A stretch of DNA of 64,000 nucleotides, from the NCBI GenBank assembly GCA_965603825.1, contig CBFDEM010000033.1:719601-783600 (forward strand), written 5' to 3'. The notes under the pieces were generated by a model, which saw only the letters and a program-made list of their open reading frames with translations, searched no databases and had not been told where the DNA came from. Positions 26,750-38,139 of this stretch are shown here, piece by piece. The first letter of the stretch is position 1; the number at the start of each line of letters is the position of its first letter. Source of the stretch: Blepharisma stoltei ATCC 30299. Lineage: Eukaryota; Protista; Ciliophora. The position numbers were made by a program, and so were the translations under genes.

Positions 26750-27191
26750 ATTTTATTTAAGGAATTAAATCATTTTTGATGATAATTAAGAATGACGAAA
26801 AGATAAATTTATGATTTTAGTAGAGTCAAAATTTAATTGCCACAAAAAGAAGACTAAACACAAGCAGATGAAAACAATTAATTTAGTTAAATATCAAAAT
26901 AAATCTTTTATTTAACTTTTTATGATTTAATATAATTATATAATTAAATTTGCTATAAAAGACTTTTACAAATCCTCTCCACAAGAATACTGAACTCTTT
27001 ATTTATGAATATATCCATAAGCACTTATATGGATAGTCTAGTAAAATGGATGATTTTAAGTATGGCTTATAGCTTCAAATTTTCTTGATGATCATTAAAA
27101 TAGCTTCTTAATGCTTAATGCACTAAGATTATAATAGTTCAAATTTAAACTATTAATTGAATTAATAATTTTTCGCCTAAGTTTTGGCACT

Positions 27192-29582
27192 ATGGAAAAT
27201 CTATTTGAAGAGCAACATGAGCCAGCAATAAGGCTGGTTGATTCCATTCTAATATTAGGTTTATCTGTGAAAACCCTCAGAAGTAATTTTTATCTAGATA
27301 TTTTTCTTGAAGGGAAAGATTCAAGCATCCCTGAATTAATTGCTAAGCTCCCACCGAATTCTAAAGAATTCACACAGGACCAAATTAACGTAACACAAAT
27401 CTAGATGATATTTACAGACCGAGAAATCAAACTCGAACATAACTGCATGCCTCAGACTTATTACTCAACTACAATTACTAACGAAAAAGGTTACTTCACA
27501 AACATCCACTGCTTAATTACCTACGAAAGGGTTACCCCTGAAATTTTAGAGCAAACCAAGTCACGTAACGTCCCGACTGGCCTTTTGCATTTTATCCCAA
27601 ATACAGTTGAACAAGCTTTTGAATCAAGCGACTTAGTCTATTATGCACCAATTGCTTTATGCCTGCTTACAAAAAGCACCTATATCGATGCGTTTCGGAA
27701 TATTTTAGAGTCATTGTATAGTTATATTTTTGAAATTAACCAAAATGAATCGTCACTGATCTCCAGCATAGAATTTATTAGAAATACATGTTTTTTGCTG
27801 AACGACACAATAATTCCTCCAGTTGAAGTAGAGTTTACAATTGAGGTCGGAAAAACTGAAATTTTGCTGCCAGTTGATAAGAAACTTAGCCTGGGGCATT
27901 ATGAAAGCTGTGTCGCTATTTTGGTTGATTTGGTTGATATAACTAATATCATCAGTTTCTGGGAGAGCTTGCTGCTGAGCAGACATGCGTTTATATTTAG
28001 TTGCAATGAATATTTGTTATTTTTAGCACTTGAAGCATTTAAAAAGCTGATTTTCCCTATGAACTGGACAATGAGCTATATTCCAGTTTTAAGCAAGCAC
28101 CTGCTTGACTACTTGCAAGTGCCTGTTCCTGTATTAATCGGGCTGAATAATAAATATATACCAAAAGAAGAAGCCATCAGTAAAGAGCCAGACGCAATGA
28201 TTTTGGACATTGACTCAAATATTTTATACAACACAGTGCCTTCTTTACTTTGTGACTGTGAAAAAGCTTTACTTTGTAAGAAAATTCAGTTGCTAAAAGC
28301 CTACTACTACGTTAACTATGAGCGGCTCTATTCTTTTAATACCCACCAGCTTGAAGAAAGCATCCCAGACAAAGAATTCATTAAAAACGCTGAAAAACTT
28401 CTAGAGCCACTGGAGCGAGCTGAAAGACAAGAATGCTTTGTCACTCTCCTCAGACATGCATTTTTAGACATCTTTTTAAAAGGAATAAGCAAGTTTTCAG
28501 CGTACTTAGTCAAGGATGAAGAAACAAGGCAATTTGAATTCCAAGAAGATGAGTTTTTGCAAAACATTTCTCTCTGCAGTGAAAGCTGCAAAATGAAGGA
28601 GTTTTGAAAAGGGTTCATAGACTCCGTCACTTTTATGCAATTTTTATATTATTTTGGAAAATTTGATGAATCTACCTTAGAAAGGTTTAAAGAAATAACG
28701 AAGGCCACAAATAATAAGCGGTACAATATATTTGAGCAAAACAAGTTTTTCTCAATGAAGGCTGCTGACAAAATTGTCCCAAAAGAGCTGATTGAATTTT
28801 TAAGTAATCATATAGAGCAGCTTCCTGAAGCTTTGCCAGAGCAGATTTTTATAAAGCACTCAGCACAAGAAATAATAGTGGAGATGCAAGACGCACGTAA
28901 ACAAAATAAAGAATATTATGAAACTGGAGAGCTTAATGAAACTCTAGTGAGGATTTCCTTTAAAGACAATTTAGAAGAAAAAGCACACCCAAATATATTT
29001 TATGGGAAGCATGGAATAATCAGAATTCTTAATAGTGCCATCTCTTGCCAGTACCGGAGTATTTTCCGTCAGATAAGCACTTCCGACACCATAATAAGCG
29101 AAAATCTATCATTTGATATTCAAAGCTACCCTGACAGATGAGAACCATTTGCAATTAAGCTTCTATACAAGCTGAGAAAAAATAAAAAAGACTGAAACAT
29201 GCGTGAACTCTACGATTTATGCATGACAATAAATCGACTAAATACAGATTATCTGCCCCGTTACCACGCTGCTAGTGTAGTCAAGTTAATTTATGAAAAA
29301 AACCAAAGTATGGTGCGAGTTTTAACCCACGGAGAAGGAGTCCTCTCGCGCATTGCCAAAGCGTTTATTGAAGTAATAGAAGCTAATCTTCTGGCACCTC
29401 AAGAACGTGCCACAGCTGATACTGAAGAATTGCTATCCCCCATTACCCCACTCACGCCCCGAGTCATGTTTAACATGTCCTTTAAAGATGTCACGATGGA
29501 CATGAGGGACTCTCAGCGGGTTCGAGGTGACCATGGTAAAAGAAAAACAAGAATCATTAAATTTAATTTGAATAATGATTAA
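27192..29582 (+). CDS. DENN-domain protein (Rab GEF family), ~786 aa; introns 27283-27297 (probable) and 27390-27404
   Basis: YAPIALCLLTK, LIFPMNW..SYIPVL..HLLDYLQVPVPVLIGL, ILDIDSN cDENN motifs; TGA=Trp at 28605, 29139 and 29193. Confidence 0.85.
27283..27297 (+). other. Probable 15-nt intron gtaatttttatctag (DENN, stop-free)
   Basis: Matches the GTA..A10..TAG consensus; not required for the frame. Confidence 0.6.
27390..27404 (+). other. 15-nt intron gtaacacaaatctag (DENN)
   Basis: Contains an in-frame TAG; joins the two in-frame ORFs. Confidence 0.88.
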
Positions 29583-29592
29583 TAACTCTAAT

Positions 29593-32500
29593 ATGGACCA
29601 AATTGGGTATTTAAAAGATTTATTCGAACAAAGGATTTCCCAGATAGCCAGGCAAGTCCAAGCATTTTTTGATGAAATCAACGGAGACGAAATCTATAGC
29701 GCTATGAGAGAAAATTCTTTGAGCCAAGAATTCGCAAGCCAGAGAGCAAAAGAGCTGTTTGAAGAAATCATAGGCGGAGAAAAAGAGACAACGATTCTTA
29801 GACTTCAAGAAGAGCTGGCTCAGAGGAGGGCTGAATGCAATAAATTTGAAAAAATTATAAGAGAGCTAGAAGATAAGCTGAGGTTCGAAGAGTCTGACAA
29901 AGAGCGATCTTTGAGAATTGCTCACGATTTGAAAGCAGAGCTGGGTGAAAGCGAAGCTGTTTTAGAAGACAGATTAAAAAGAAAAGACATAGAATGGCTA
30001 CAAAAAATAGAAGAGACTTCAAGAATGCAGAGCAGGAAATTTGATGAAGAAAGATTGCAGTTAGAAGACCAAGTTAGAAATGCCATCAAAGAAATAGAAA
30101 ATTTGAATCTTCAGAAGCAAAGGGATTTAAGCAGAATTCGTGAACTTGATGATGAGATAAACAAGATGAAGATGGCTGTAGAAAACGCTGAGAAAAGAGA
30201 ACAGCAATGAAAATCCTCAGCAAGGGCAGTCGAAGATAATAGAGCCAGCATACAAGCAAAGCTGGAATTTTTAATCGACGAAAATAGAGACCTCCAGGAT
30301 AAATTGGAAAACACTGAAAATGAAAAACAGAAGATTTTGGCCCATTTTAGAGCATATCAAGATAAATATGAAGAGGTTTCAAGCTCAAGCCACAAAGCGT
30401 TGCAGGAAATCGTTGAAAAAGCAAGGACTAAGTCACGGAAATTAAAGCAAAAAATAAAAGAGCAGAGAGGAAAATTGCAAGATTTTCAAAATGAGATGAA
30501 AAAAGCTATAGAAAAAATAGAAAGTTTAAAAATTGAAAATGAAACCTTAGTAGCTAATGAAGAAAAACTAAGAAGAAGTTTAGAAGACTCAGAAAAAAAG
30601 TATAGAGAACTAGATATCAGCATAAAAAAACGAGAAATTGAGCTAAAATCTCAATATGATAGGCAGTTTTTGCAGCTCCAATCACAATTCAATTCTGACT
30701 TGCAACAAAAAACCGCTGAGTTTGAAAGAGAAATTCAATCAGAAATTGAGCTCAGAAATGAAAAAGAAAAAGAGCTGCGAGCGACTATACAAAATAAAGC
30801 AAAAGAAGTTGAAAGAGACCACATCATGAAGACCGCCCATCAGAGCATTATAGAAGAAAAAGAAAGAACCATCAATAAAATCCACCAAAATCGGATTGAA
30901 GCTTTGACATCAGAATTCGAACAAAAAATAAGCGAATTTAAAGAAGAAGTCAGCCAACTTAAAAAAGAAAACGCTGGATTAAATGAACTTCTGTCAAATT
31001 CCAAAGCTCTTGAGGCTCAAGCCCAAGAAGAACTGTCAAATAAAACAGAAAAAATGCTTTCCGAAATAAAAATCAAAACAAACACAATTAGAGACCTTGA
31101 AAATGAAAAACTTGATTTGCTAAATAAACTTGATACAGCTGGAGAGCTGCTAGAAGACCTAAAAGACTCCAAAAACGAAGAAGCTAGCCTGAGATTCAAA
31201 TATGAAACTGAAAACTCTAATCTCAAAGGAAGACTAAACGAGCTGGAAGACCAAAATACGTATCTAAAGCGCCAAATAAAAAAATACCAAGATGAGCAGG
31301 AATATGTAAAAAATGAAATGGTCGAAAAAAAATTTTTGGTCCAAGAAAAGGAAAAATCGTTCCAGCTTGAAACAGAAATTGATAAAGCTCACAAAAATAT
31401 AGTGAAGCTTGAAAACCAAGTAGACAGCCTTGAAAGGAGCTTAGAAGAGCTGTCTAATCAGCACTCTGAAGCTAAAAATAGAATAAGGGAGTCAGAAGAT
31501 TTCACGAGGACTTTATCCACAGATATAGACGCAAAGGAAAGGAAAAATAGAGAAATAATTGCTTCTTTGGAGCAAGACAACTATGAGCTCAAGAAATTAG
31601 CAAGTGCAAGGAAGCTAGAAATAGAAAAGGCAAAGGACGAACTAAAAAATTTTGAAGCCCTATTTATAGAAACGAGACAAAAAGTTAACGATTCTTTCGA
31701 AAAAATAAAAAGATCGGCGAGGTACAGCATTCAAGGTCTCAGGACAGATTTATCAAACATAAAGTTAGCTTTGGAATATGAAGTAAGCTCCTTCATGGAC
31801 TCAACTCAGTCAATGATCCAAGAAATCGCTATAAAGCTCATTGAAAAAGAAGTATCTGACAAGCGAAAAATCGATTATAAAATTGCTGAAATTTCAGAAG
31901 AAATGAAAAAACAGTGGAAATCAAAATTAAGCAAAATTGAAGAAAATTTATTAAGAGAAGAACTTACCTGGTGGGATGATGCTGATATGGACGGAATAAG
32001 AAGAGCAGCGAAATCGTTGATTGACAAGAAAAAATACTCAGATAATGAAGTTCTCAAATGCAATGATTATTCAAAAAAGCTGCAAGGACAAGTCGACAAT
32101 TTGAATAAGCAAAACCAAAAATTGCACCTGAGGCTTCAAGCTAACTCTGAAGCTTTTGACCAGCTTCAAAGAGAAGTAGCTGACGAATCCACAAAAATAA
32201 AATATAACAGTCAAAACTTGCTAAGAAAATCAACGCAAGAGTTGCAAACAAAATATGAACAAGAAATAGAAAAATTAAGAGAAGAGGTGAAGCAGAAAGG
32301 AAAAGAAAAAAATGAACTGGAAACGAGGCTGAAAAGGAAATTCATGGAAGAAATGGAGAAGGTGAAAAATCAGTATGAGGGCAGAATTAAAGGGTATAAA
32401 GAAGAGCTTGATAATGAGCAAGAAAGGGTGGAAAGGCTGAATAACCAGCTTCAAGGGGCTGATAAAGAAGGGGTTTCCATGAAGCAAAGACTTTTAGACG

Positions 32501-32754
32501 AAATTCAAAGCTTAGAAATTAGAGTGCAAGAATTAGAAGGGTTTTTGGAACAGGAAAGAACACAAAAAGACCAGCTTGCGAAACAAAGAATCACTGAGCT
32601 ACAGGAATTGACAGAAAAAATCAAAGTCTTGAGGTCAGAAATTGCTGAAAAGGAAGACAAGCTTGATATGTACATCAAAGAAAATCGAAATCTGAGGGCT
32701 GAAATCTCGTCAATTATCGATGCCAGAAAAAGTGTTTTTTCAGCTGAATTTTAA
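29593..32754 (+). CDS. Long coiled-coil protein, ~1053 aa
   Basis: E/K/Q/L heptad-rich; TGA=Trp at 30208-30210 joins two ORFs. Likely start is ATG 29593; the upstream ATG at 29575 overlaps the DENN stop. Confidence 0.85.
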
Positions 32755-32945
32755 GTTAATATTTAATTCTAGTAAATCTATAGCATTCTTTATTTAGCAG
32801 AAGTTCTTAAATGTCGAAAGAATATTTAATAAATATTTACCAAAACTAATTACATAATGGTGCAAAACAAAATCAAAAGCAAATTAATTTAGTCAGGGTT
32901 ATATTGATCTTATTAAGCAAAATTTTCCTGCCTGCTTCTATAAAA

Positions 32946-34511
32946 ATGGACCAAATCAGAGCTTCAATCCATGGCTTTCAGCATCCTTCATTCCCTGATT
33001 ATATTGGGCAGGTAGAATTCTTTCCACCAGAAGATAGCTTTTTTGCAAGTGTTGGGTATGCCCTGGTGTCAAGAGTCCTGGTAATGAAAAGCAATGCCCA
33101 GGACTTATGCAATAGACTACAAGAATTTTGTACGAAGCTCAATACAGCTCCTTTGCAGAGTGTGATGTATACGATTAATAGTGGGAAAACTGATAGAGAT
33201 CCAATTGCTGCGATTAATGAACTCTACCAGGAAGGAGGATGCGAAGATTTAGCAGAGTCCATCAAAGCAATTCTTATTGCTAAGCTCATAGCTGATAATA
33301 AGCACAGTGCTGCCAAAGATATAGCAAATAGGAAGCCTGTCGATATAGAAACTGACGTATGTTTCAATGCTTTAAATGTAGAAGCAGACGTTGCTATTCA
33401 ACTCTACAAATTTGATGGGACGGTCCGCACAATTCATCGGCAAAATGTTAGGACAAGCATTTCGCTTTACGTTGACGAGTATCTTAATTGGAGCGTACTG
33501 ATTCATCAAAATGAAAACGAATTTTCTTCAACACATAACGTTGACTTGCTAAGAAGCGTTCCTTTTAAGTATGGACATACACAAAGAGGATTCTCACCAA
33601 TGAAAATAGCGAAATTGGGAGTTTCAATGGCTCCGCCACCTCCAGCTCCAGAGCCTGAAGACCCAGACTTAGTAATAAAGCAGCTGATTGAAGCCTTAGC
33701 TGGAGTTGTTGACAAGCAAAAGATTGCTGCAGATAGAGACATAAAAAACGATTTGAAAAAATTTATCCAGGACTTCCAAAAGTTAAAGCCTGAATGAAAA
33801 CTTAGACAGCTGGAAGGCCTAGAAACATATCTGAACAACCTCAGTAACTGCAATCATGAGAACTGCACCAGGGTTTTTAGCTTTTGTGGAGCCACACATT
33901 GCGTTGAGTGCTTGAAGGAGAAAATTTCCAGAGAGAAATTAGAAAGGAAAGCAGACATAAAGTGCCCTTGTGGACAAAAAGTAGCGAATCAAGACTGTTG
34001 TGAATTTGGACTCATGAATATTTTACAAAACTTCGGCAAGAAAACAAGGGATAATCATCCAGGAACATCTAGTTCTACTGCACCGATGGGAGGGACTGCA
34101 TCGCCTGAAGTGTCAATTTCAAAAAAGCCGTCTATAGCTAGCTCTACTTGCTTTATCTGCAATGAGAGAATTTCAGCAAGAGAGAATAGAGTGAATATTG
34201 ATGGTCAGTTTGTGCATGGAAAATGCGCGGCTCAAAGTGTTCCTAAACCTGTGTATCAAGAGACCATCTCAATGAAAATATGCCAGCTATGCAAGATCAA
34301 CACTTCACCTTCTAATATATTATGCGAAAGAAATCACTATCCATTATGCAGAAGCTGTGCAATCAAATGGAGCAATGGCGTATGCCCATATTGCAAGGCG
34401 TCGTGCCACTATTGCAAAAATCCAATTGATACCAGCAAAGAGGATTACACGCCATTTGCAGATGGAATAATGGTTCATAATTCTTGCTATTACCAATATA
34501 ATCCAAAATAA
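32946..34511 (+). CDS. Protein with a possible degenerate otubain-like N-terminus and several C-terminal Cys/His zinc-finger (RING-like) modules, ~521 aa
   Basis: TGA=Trp at 33795 joins the ORFs; CNHENC..CGATHCVEC..CPCG, CFIC..HGKC, CQLC..CERNH..CRSC..CPYC, CHYC..HNSC. Confidence 0.75.
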
Positions 34512-35124
34512 GCTAATTAGATTTGTTAAAAATTGGTCCCTAGACATTTTAGGTGACTATATTCAATTAAATTATGTTTGAAATTGAGTAATATAGCTAT
34601 TGAAGCGCGGTTATTAAATTAATAATTGCTCCTCTTAATAGTGAAAACATTTTTATCCCTATTGCATGCATTTTCTAGAGCATAATAACATATATTGCCC
34701 TTTATATGAGAGAGCATTGAACTCTTAGAATGGGATGCTATATGTAGAATATTCATATTTGAATGGCTTCACTGTGGATTTCCATTTTGCACGTAAAATA
34801 TCCTCCTATAAAAAGTCAACAGATTAGAGCTTTTTATAAGTGGTAAAAATAATCCATTAGGTAAACTGAAAATTTGCTAATGAAGAATTTTTACTAAAAT
34901 TGGCTTTTGAACTATCGGTATTGTTGCTAAAGTAATATTTATTAATATATGATATAAGGCTAAGAGAAATACCCATTCATATTAATGAATATAAAATATT
35001 TATATCAATGGCTTGAAGAATAAATTTATCACATTAACCATGAAAAGCTCCCTTTGAAAAATCTAGCAATTCTAAAAGAATAATAGAATATAATTTATTT
35101 ATAATCAATTTTATATATATAGCT

Positions 35125-35586
35125 TTAATTGATTTTGCTTTTTGGCTTTCGTCTTCTTCCAAAGACTCGGGATCGGTGATACTCTTTCAAATAGCAAAGT
35201 TGGCATCTTCCCTTGGCATAGTGCTGGCGATCTCTATGAGGACAAGTTCAAGCCATTTTATTTTGGCCGAACATTCTGTAGCAATGATTGCACATATTCC
35301 GTGCATAAATTTTTCTATCAGTATGAGTGCATCTTCTTTCTTCTACCTCTGAGCCTAAGGATTCAAGCCCTTGGCTTTGGAGTTCACTGAGCTGCATCGC
35401 TTCGGATCTTTCGAGCTCTTCCAATTTGAAAAAGTCAAGCTTAGGAAGATCGAGGGTTGGGAAAAAACCGAATTCTGCAGTTTCACTTTGAGGGTTTAGT
35501 AATGAAAACATGCTAGAAAGCAGATTAAGTGCTGCTGGAGGAGAAATTTCATTTATTTCAGCTTCGCTTGGGTTTACGTCTATCAT
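35125..35586 (-). CDS. Tandem CxH..CxxC zinc-finger-like protein, paralog 1 (153 aa)
   Basis: CTHTDRKIYARNMCNHCY-RMFGQNKMA-W(TGA 35248)-TCPHRDRQHYAKGRCQLCYLKEYHR followed by a basic tail. Confidence 0.85.
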
Positions 35587-35600
35587 TATGGTTATTATTA

Positions 35601-35614
35601 TGGTAGATAATGGC
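35601..35614 (-). promoter_or_regulatory. Upstream motif GCCATTAT-N1-2-[CT]ACCA shared by the three zinc-finger paralogs (also 37283-37297 and 38158-38172)
   Basis: Lies 14-18 nt before each ATG in otherwise diverged AT-rich DNA. Confidence 0.55.
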
Positions 35615-36839
35615 CAATTATAAGCAGTTGCTTTACAAATTTAAATGCAAGATTATTTTTTATATATTTAATTTTAAGTTAAGATATGATGAGAAACGAA
35701 TTATAAATGCCAAATAAGCAATTGAGTAATTATTGGGTTTATAACATATTAGAGAATCAAGTTTCTGAGAGAACTCATCAATATTAAAACAACTGCCATA
35801 ACTCCTAATTAATTTTTATTTTACTAAGGACTATATTTTCCTTATTATAAATTACCAACAATAATTTGAAATAGCCAATGTTTACATAGAAACCTATATA
35901 TATAACTCTCTTTATTTTTATTATATAAATATATAAATATTATATAAACATAATTCAATATAATTGCATTATTTAAGTCGAATTTTTATTTGTCTTGATA
36001 AGTGGTTGTCTAATTTTTTCTTTATAAATCGGTCAGCTTTTTCAGTATTGATAAATGGCATCAGTTCATGAATATATAATCGTAATTTTTTTTATCTTAA
36101 AAAGATGAAATAGCAACTAGAATTTTAGGCTTAAAATATGTTTTTGAGCTGATCTTTTCATTTAAAATATTTAAAACTTTGGATTTCAAATTTTTGAATA
36201 CAATAAAATTCGTAAAATGGAATTTGGAGCAGCTAATTTATTTGTGCTTAAATTTAATTTTATTAATAAATCTTAAAATATAACTCAAAAATTTCAAAAT
36301 GAAGCAATAAAAATTTTGCATAAGTCTGAATAATGTTATATAAATTTATAAAGCATATATTTATTATTATATTTGGATAAACCTTTATAATAAAAATTAA
36401 CTATATTCTTTTAACTCATATTTTAAAATGTTAATAAATATAATTATAATATAAATAGCACGATTTAGCACGCAGAAAACCTCGAAAATGCTACGGCGCG
36501 CTGAAAAATTTAATTATTTCTTAGCTAAATAAAATTCACGTCCAATTATTAAAAATTTGTTTTTTATGATTCAAATTATTAAAGCGTATTCAAATAATAA
36601 ACTAAAATGCTTTAGCCAAGTAAATATTAAACCAAAATAAAATTTTGACTTCTTATTTATTATTTACACCCTAAGATATTAGAAGATAAAGCCAATATAT
36701 TGCATTCGTTAAAACTGTCAAAACTATATAGAAACTTTTAGCAAAATTGACTCGGCTTAGAAGCCATTTTTCGCCCACAATCTAGCGGCTGCTTTTAAAT
36801 TTCTTGATACTTTATATAATTTATATAATGATATGAAAA

Positions 36840-37265
36840 TTATTTACTTTTATTCCATTTTCTTCCATTGAGCTTCGACCGATGATATTCCTTCAAATAG
36901 CATAGCTGGCAGTATCCTTTAGCATAATGCTGGCGGTCTTTATGAGGGCATGCCCAAGCTGTCTTGTTCTGCCCAAATTTTCGATAGCACTGGTTGCACA
37001 TATTTCTTGCATAAATTTTTCGATCCCTATGAGTACAAATTTTGTTATCAGATTGGCTTTGAGAATCTGGTAGCGGATTTTGAATTGGGTAGGAATATCC
37101 GCAGTCCTCTAATTGGGTGAAATCTATTTGAGGGAGAAGTTTAGTGGTACTGACGTTGAAGTCTGTGCTCATCCCTTGAGGGTTTAATAGGGAAAACATA
37201 TTTTCCAGGATACTTTTCGCTGGAACTTCTTTTAAAGGAGATATTTCGAATTTATTTCCTATCAT
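36840..37265 (-). CDS. Tandem CxH..CxxC zinc-finger-like protein, paralog 2 (141 aa)
   Basis: Same domain, with TGG at the Trp. Start placed at ATG 37265 (MIGN..) by alignment of N-termini and upstream motif with paralogs 1 and 3. Confidence 0.85.
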   Translation of the reverse strand: MIGNKFEISPLKEVPAKSILENMFSLLNPQGMSTDFNVSTTKLLPQIDFTQLEDCGYSYPIQNPLPDSQSQSDNKICTHRDRKIYARNMCNQCYRKFGQNKTAWACPHKDRQHYAKGYCQLCYLKEYHRSKLNGRKWNKSK

Positions 37266-37686
37266 TGTGTAAATTGAATTACTGGTGGCATAATGGCTGA
37301 TATTTGTACTCATTTCTATATGCAAATAAAATATGGGAAGCGAATAATTGATATATTCATTTGATAGAGCTCGATATTTACTTATTTACTTAGAGTTTTG
37401 ATTGGAATTAGCTTTCTTTAATTTTGGATTGCCTTTTTGTGGATTTCCACAAATTTTACTAAATTCACTTAGGCTTTGTGTACATCGTAAACCAAAGATA
37501 ATAACCAGATCGTCAATTTTACTATGCTTTAATTGGAAAAAAAATTTATATTTTCAATTATGCATAATAAGAGTATTATTATTATGATCTTCTCATCATA
37601 AAGCCAATATATTCGCAAATAATTCATGTCCACTTGTTGAAAATAATTAATATACTTTTTCTATGGTGTGATTATAATCAATATAT

Positions 37687-38139
37687 TTAGTTTATTTTAT
37701 ATTTACCTTTGCTTTTCCTTCTTTTTCCGAAAACTCTTGAACGGTGATACTCCTTCAAGTAGCACAATTGGCACCTTCCTTTAGCATAGTGCTGCCTATC
37801 TTTATGAGGACAAGTTCAGGCCATCTTATTCTGGCCGAACGTCCTATAACAATGGTTGCACATATTTCTAGCGTAGACTTTTCGATCTGTATGAGTACAA
37901 ACCCGCTCTTCTCGATCTGGGATATGACAGTCAACTGACTGATTTTGAAGTGGATACAAGTTATCAATTTCCCAGACTTTGGAGAAATTTATAAGAGGCA
38001 AGTCTTTTGTCTCAGATAAGTTGAATTCTGTTTCTTTGCCCTTTGGATTTATCAGTGAAAACATATTTTCTAAGATATTTTCCATAGCAAGGGTTGCATT
38101 GTTGGAAAAATCTTTGCTGCTTCCTTCAATATTTATCAT
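37687..38139 (-). CDS. Tandem CxH..CxxC zinc-finger-like protein, paralog 3 (150 aa)
   Basis: Same domain; TGA=Trp at 37816; ends ..GKRRKSKGKYKIN TAA. Confidence 0.85.

Noticed and set aside
36666-36674. ACACCCTAA as a telomerase RNA template or internal telomere seed (also GGTGTTAGG at 55921-55929)
   Set aside because: A few 9-nt matches to some permutation of the repeat are expected by chance in 60 kb, and no supporting structure is evident.
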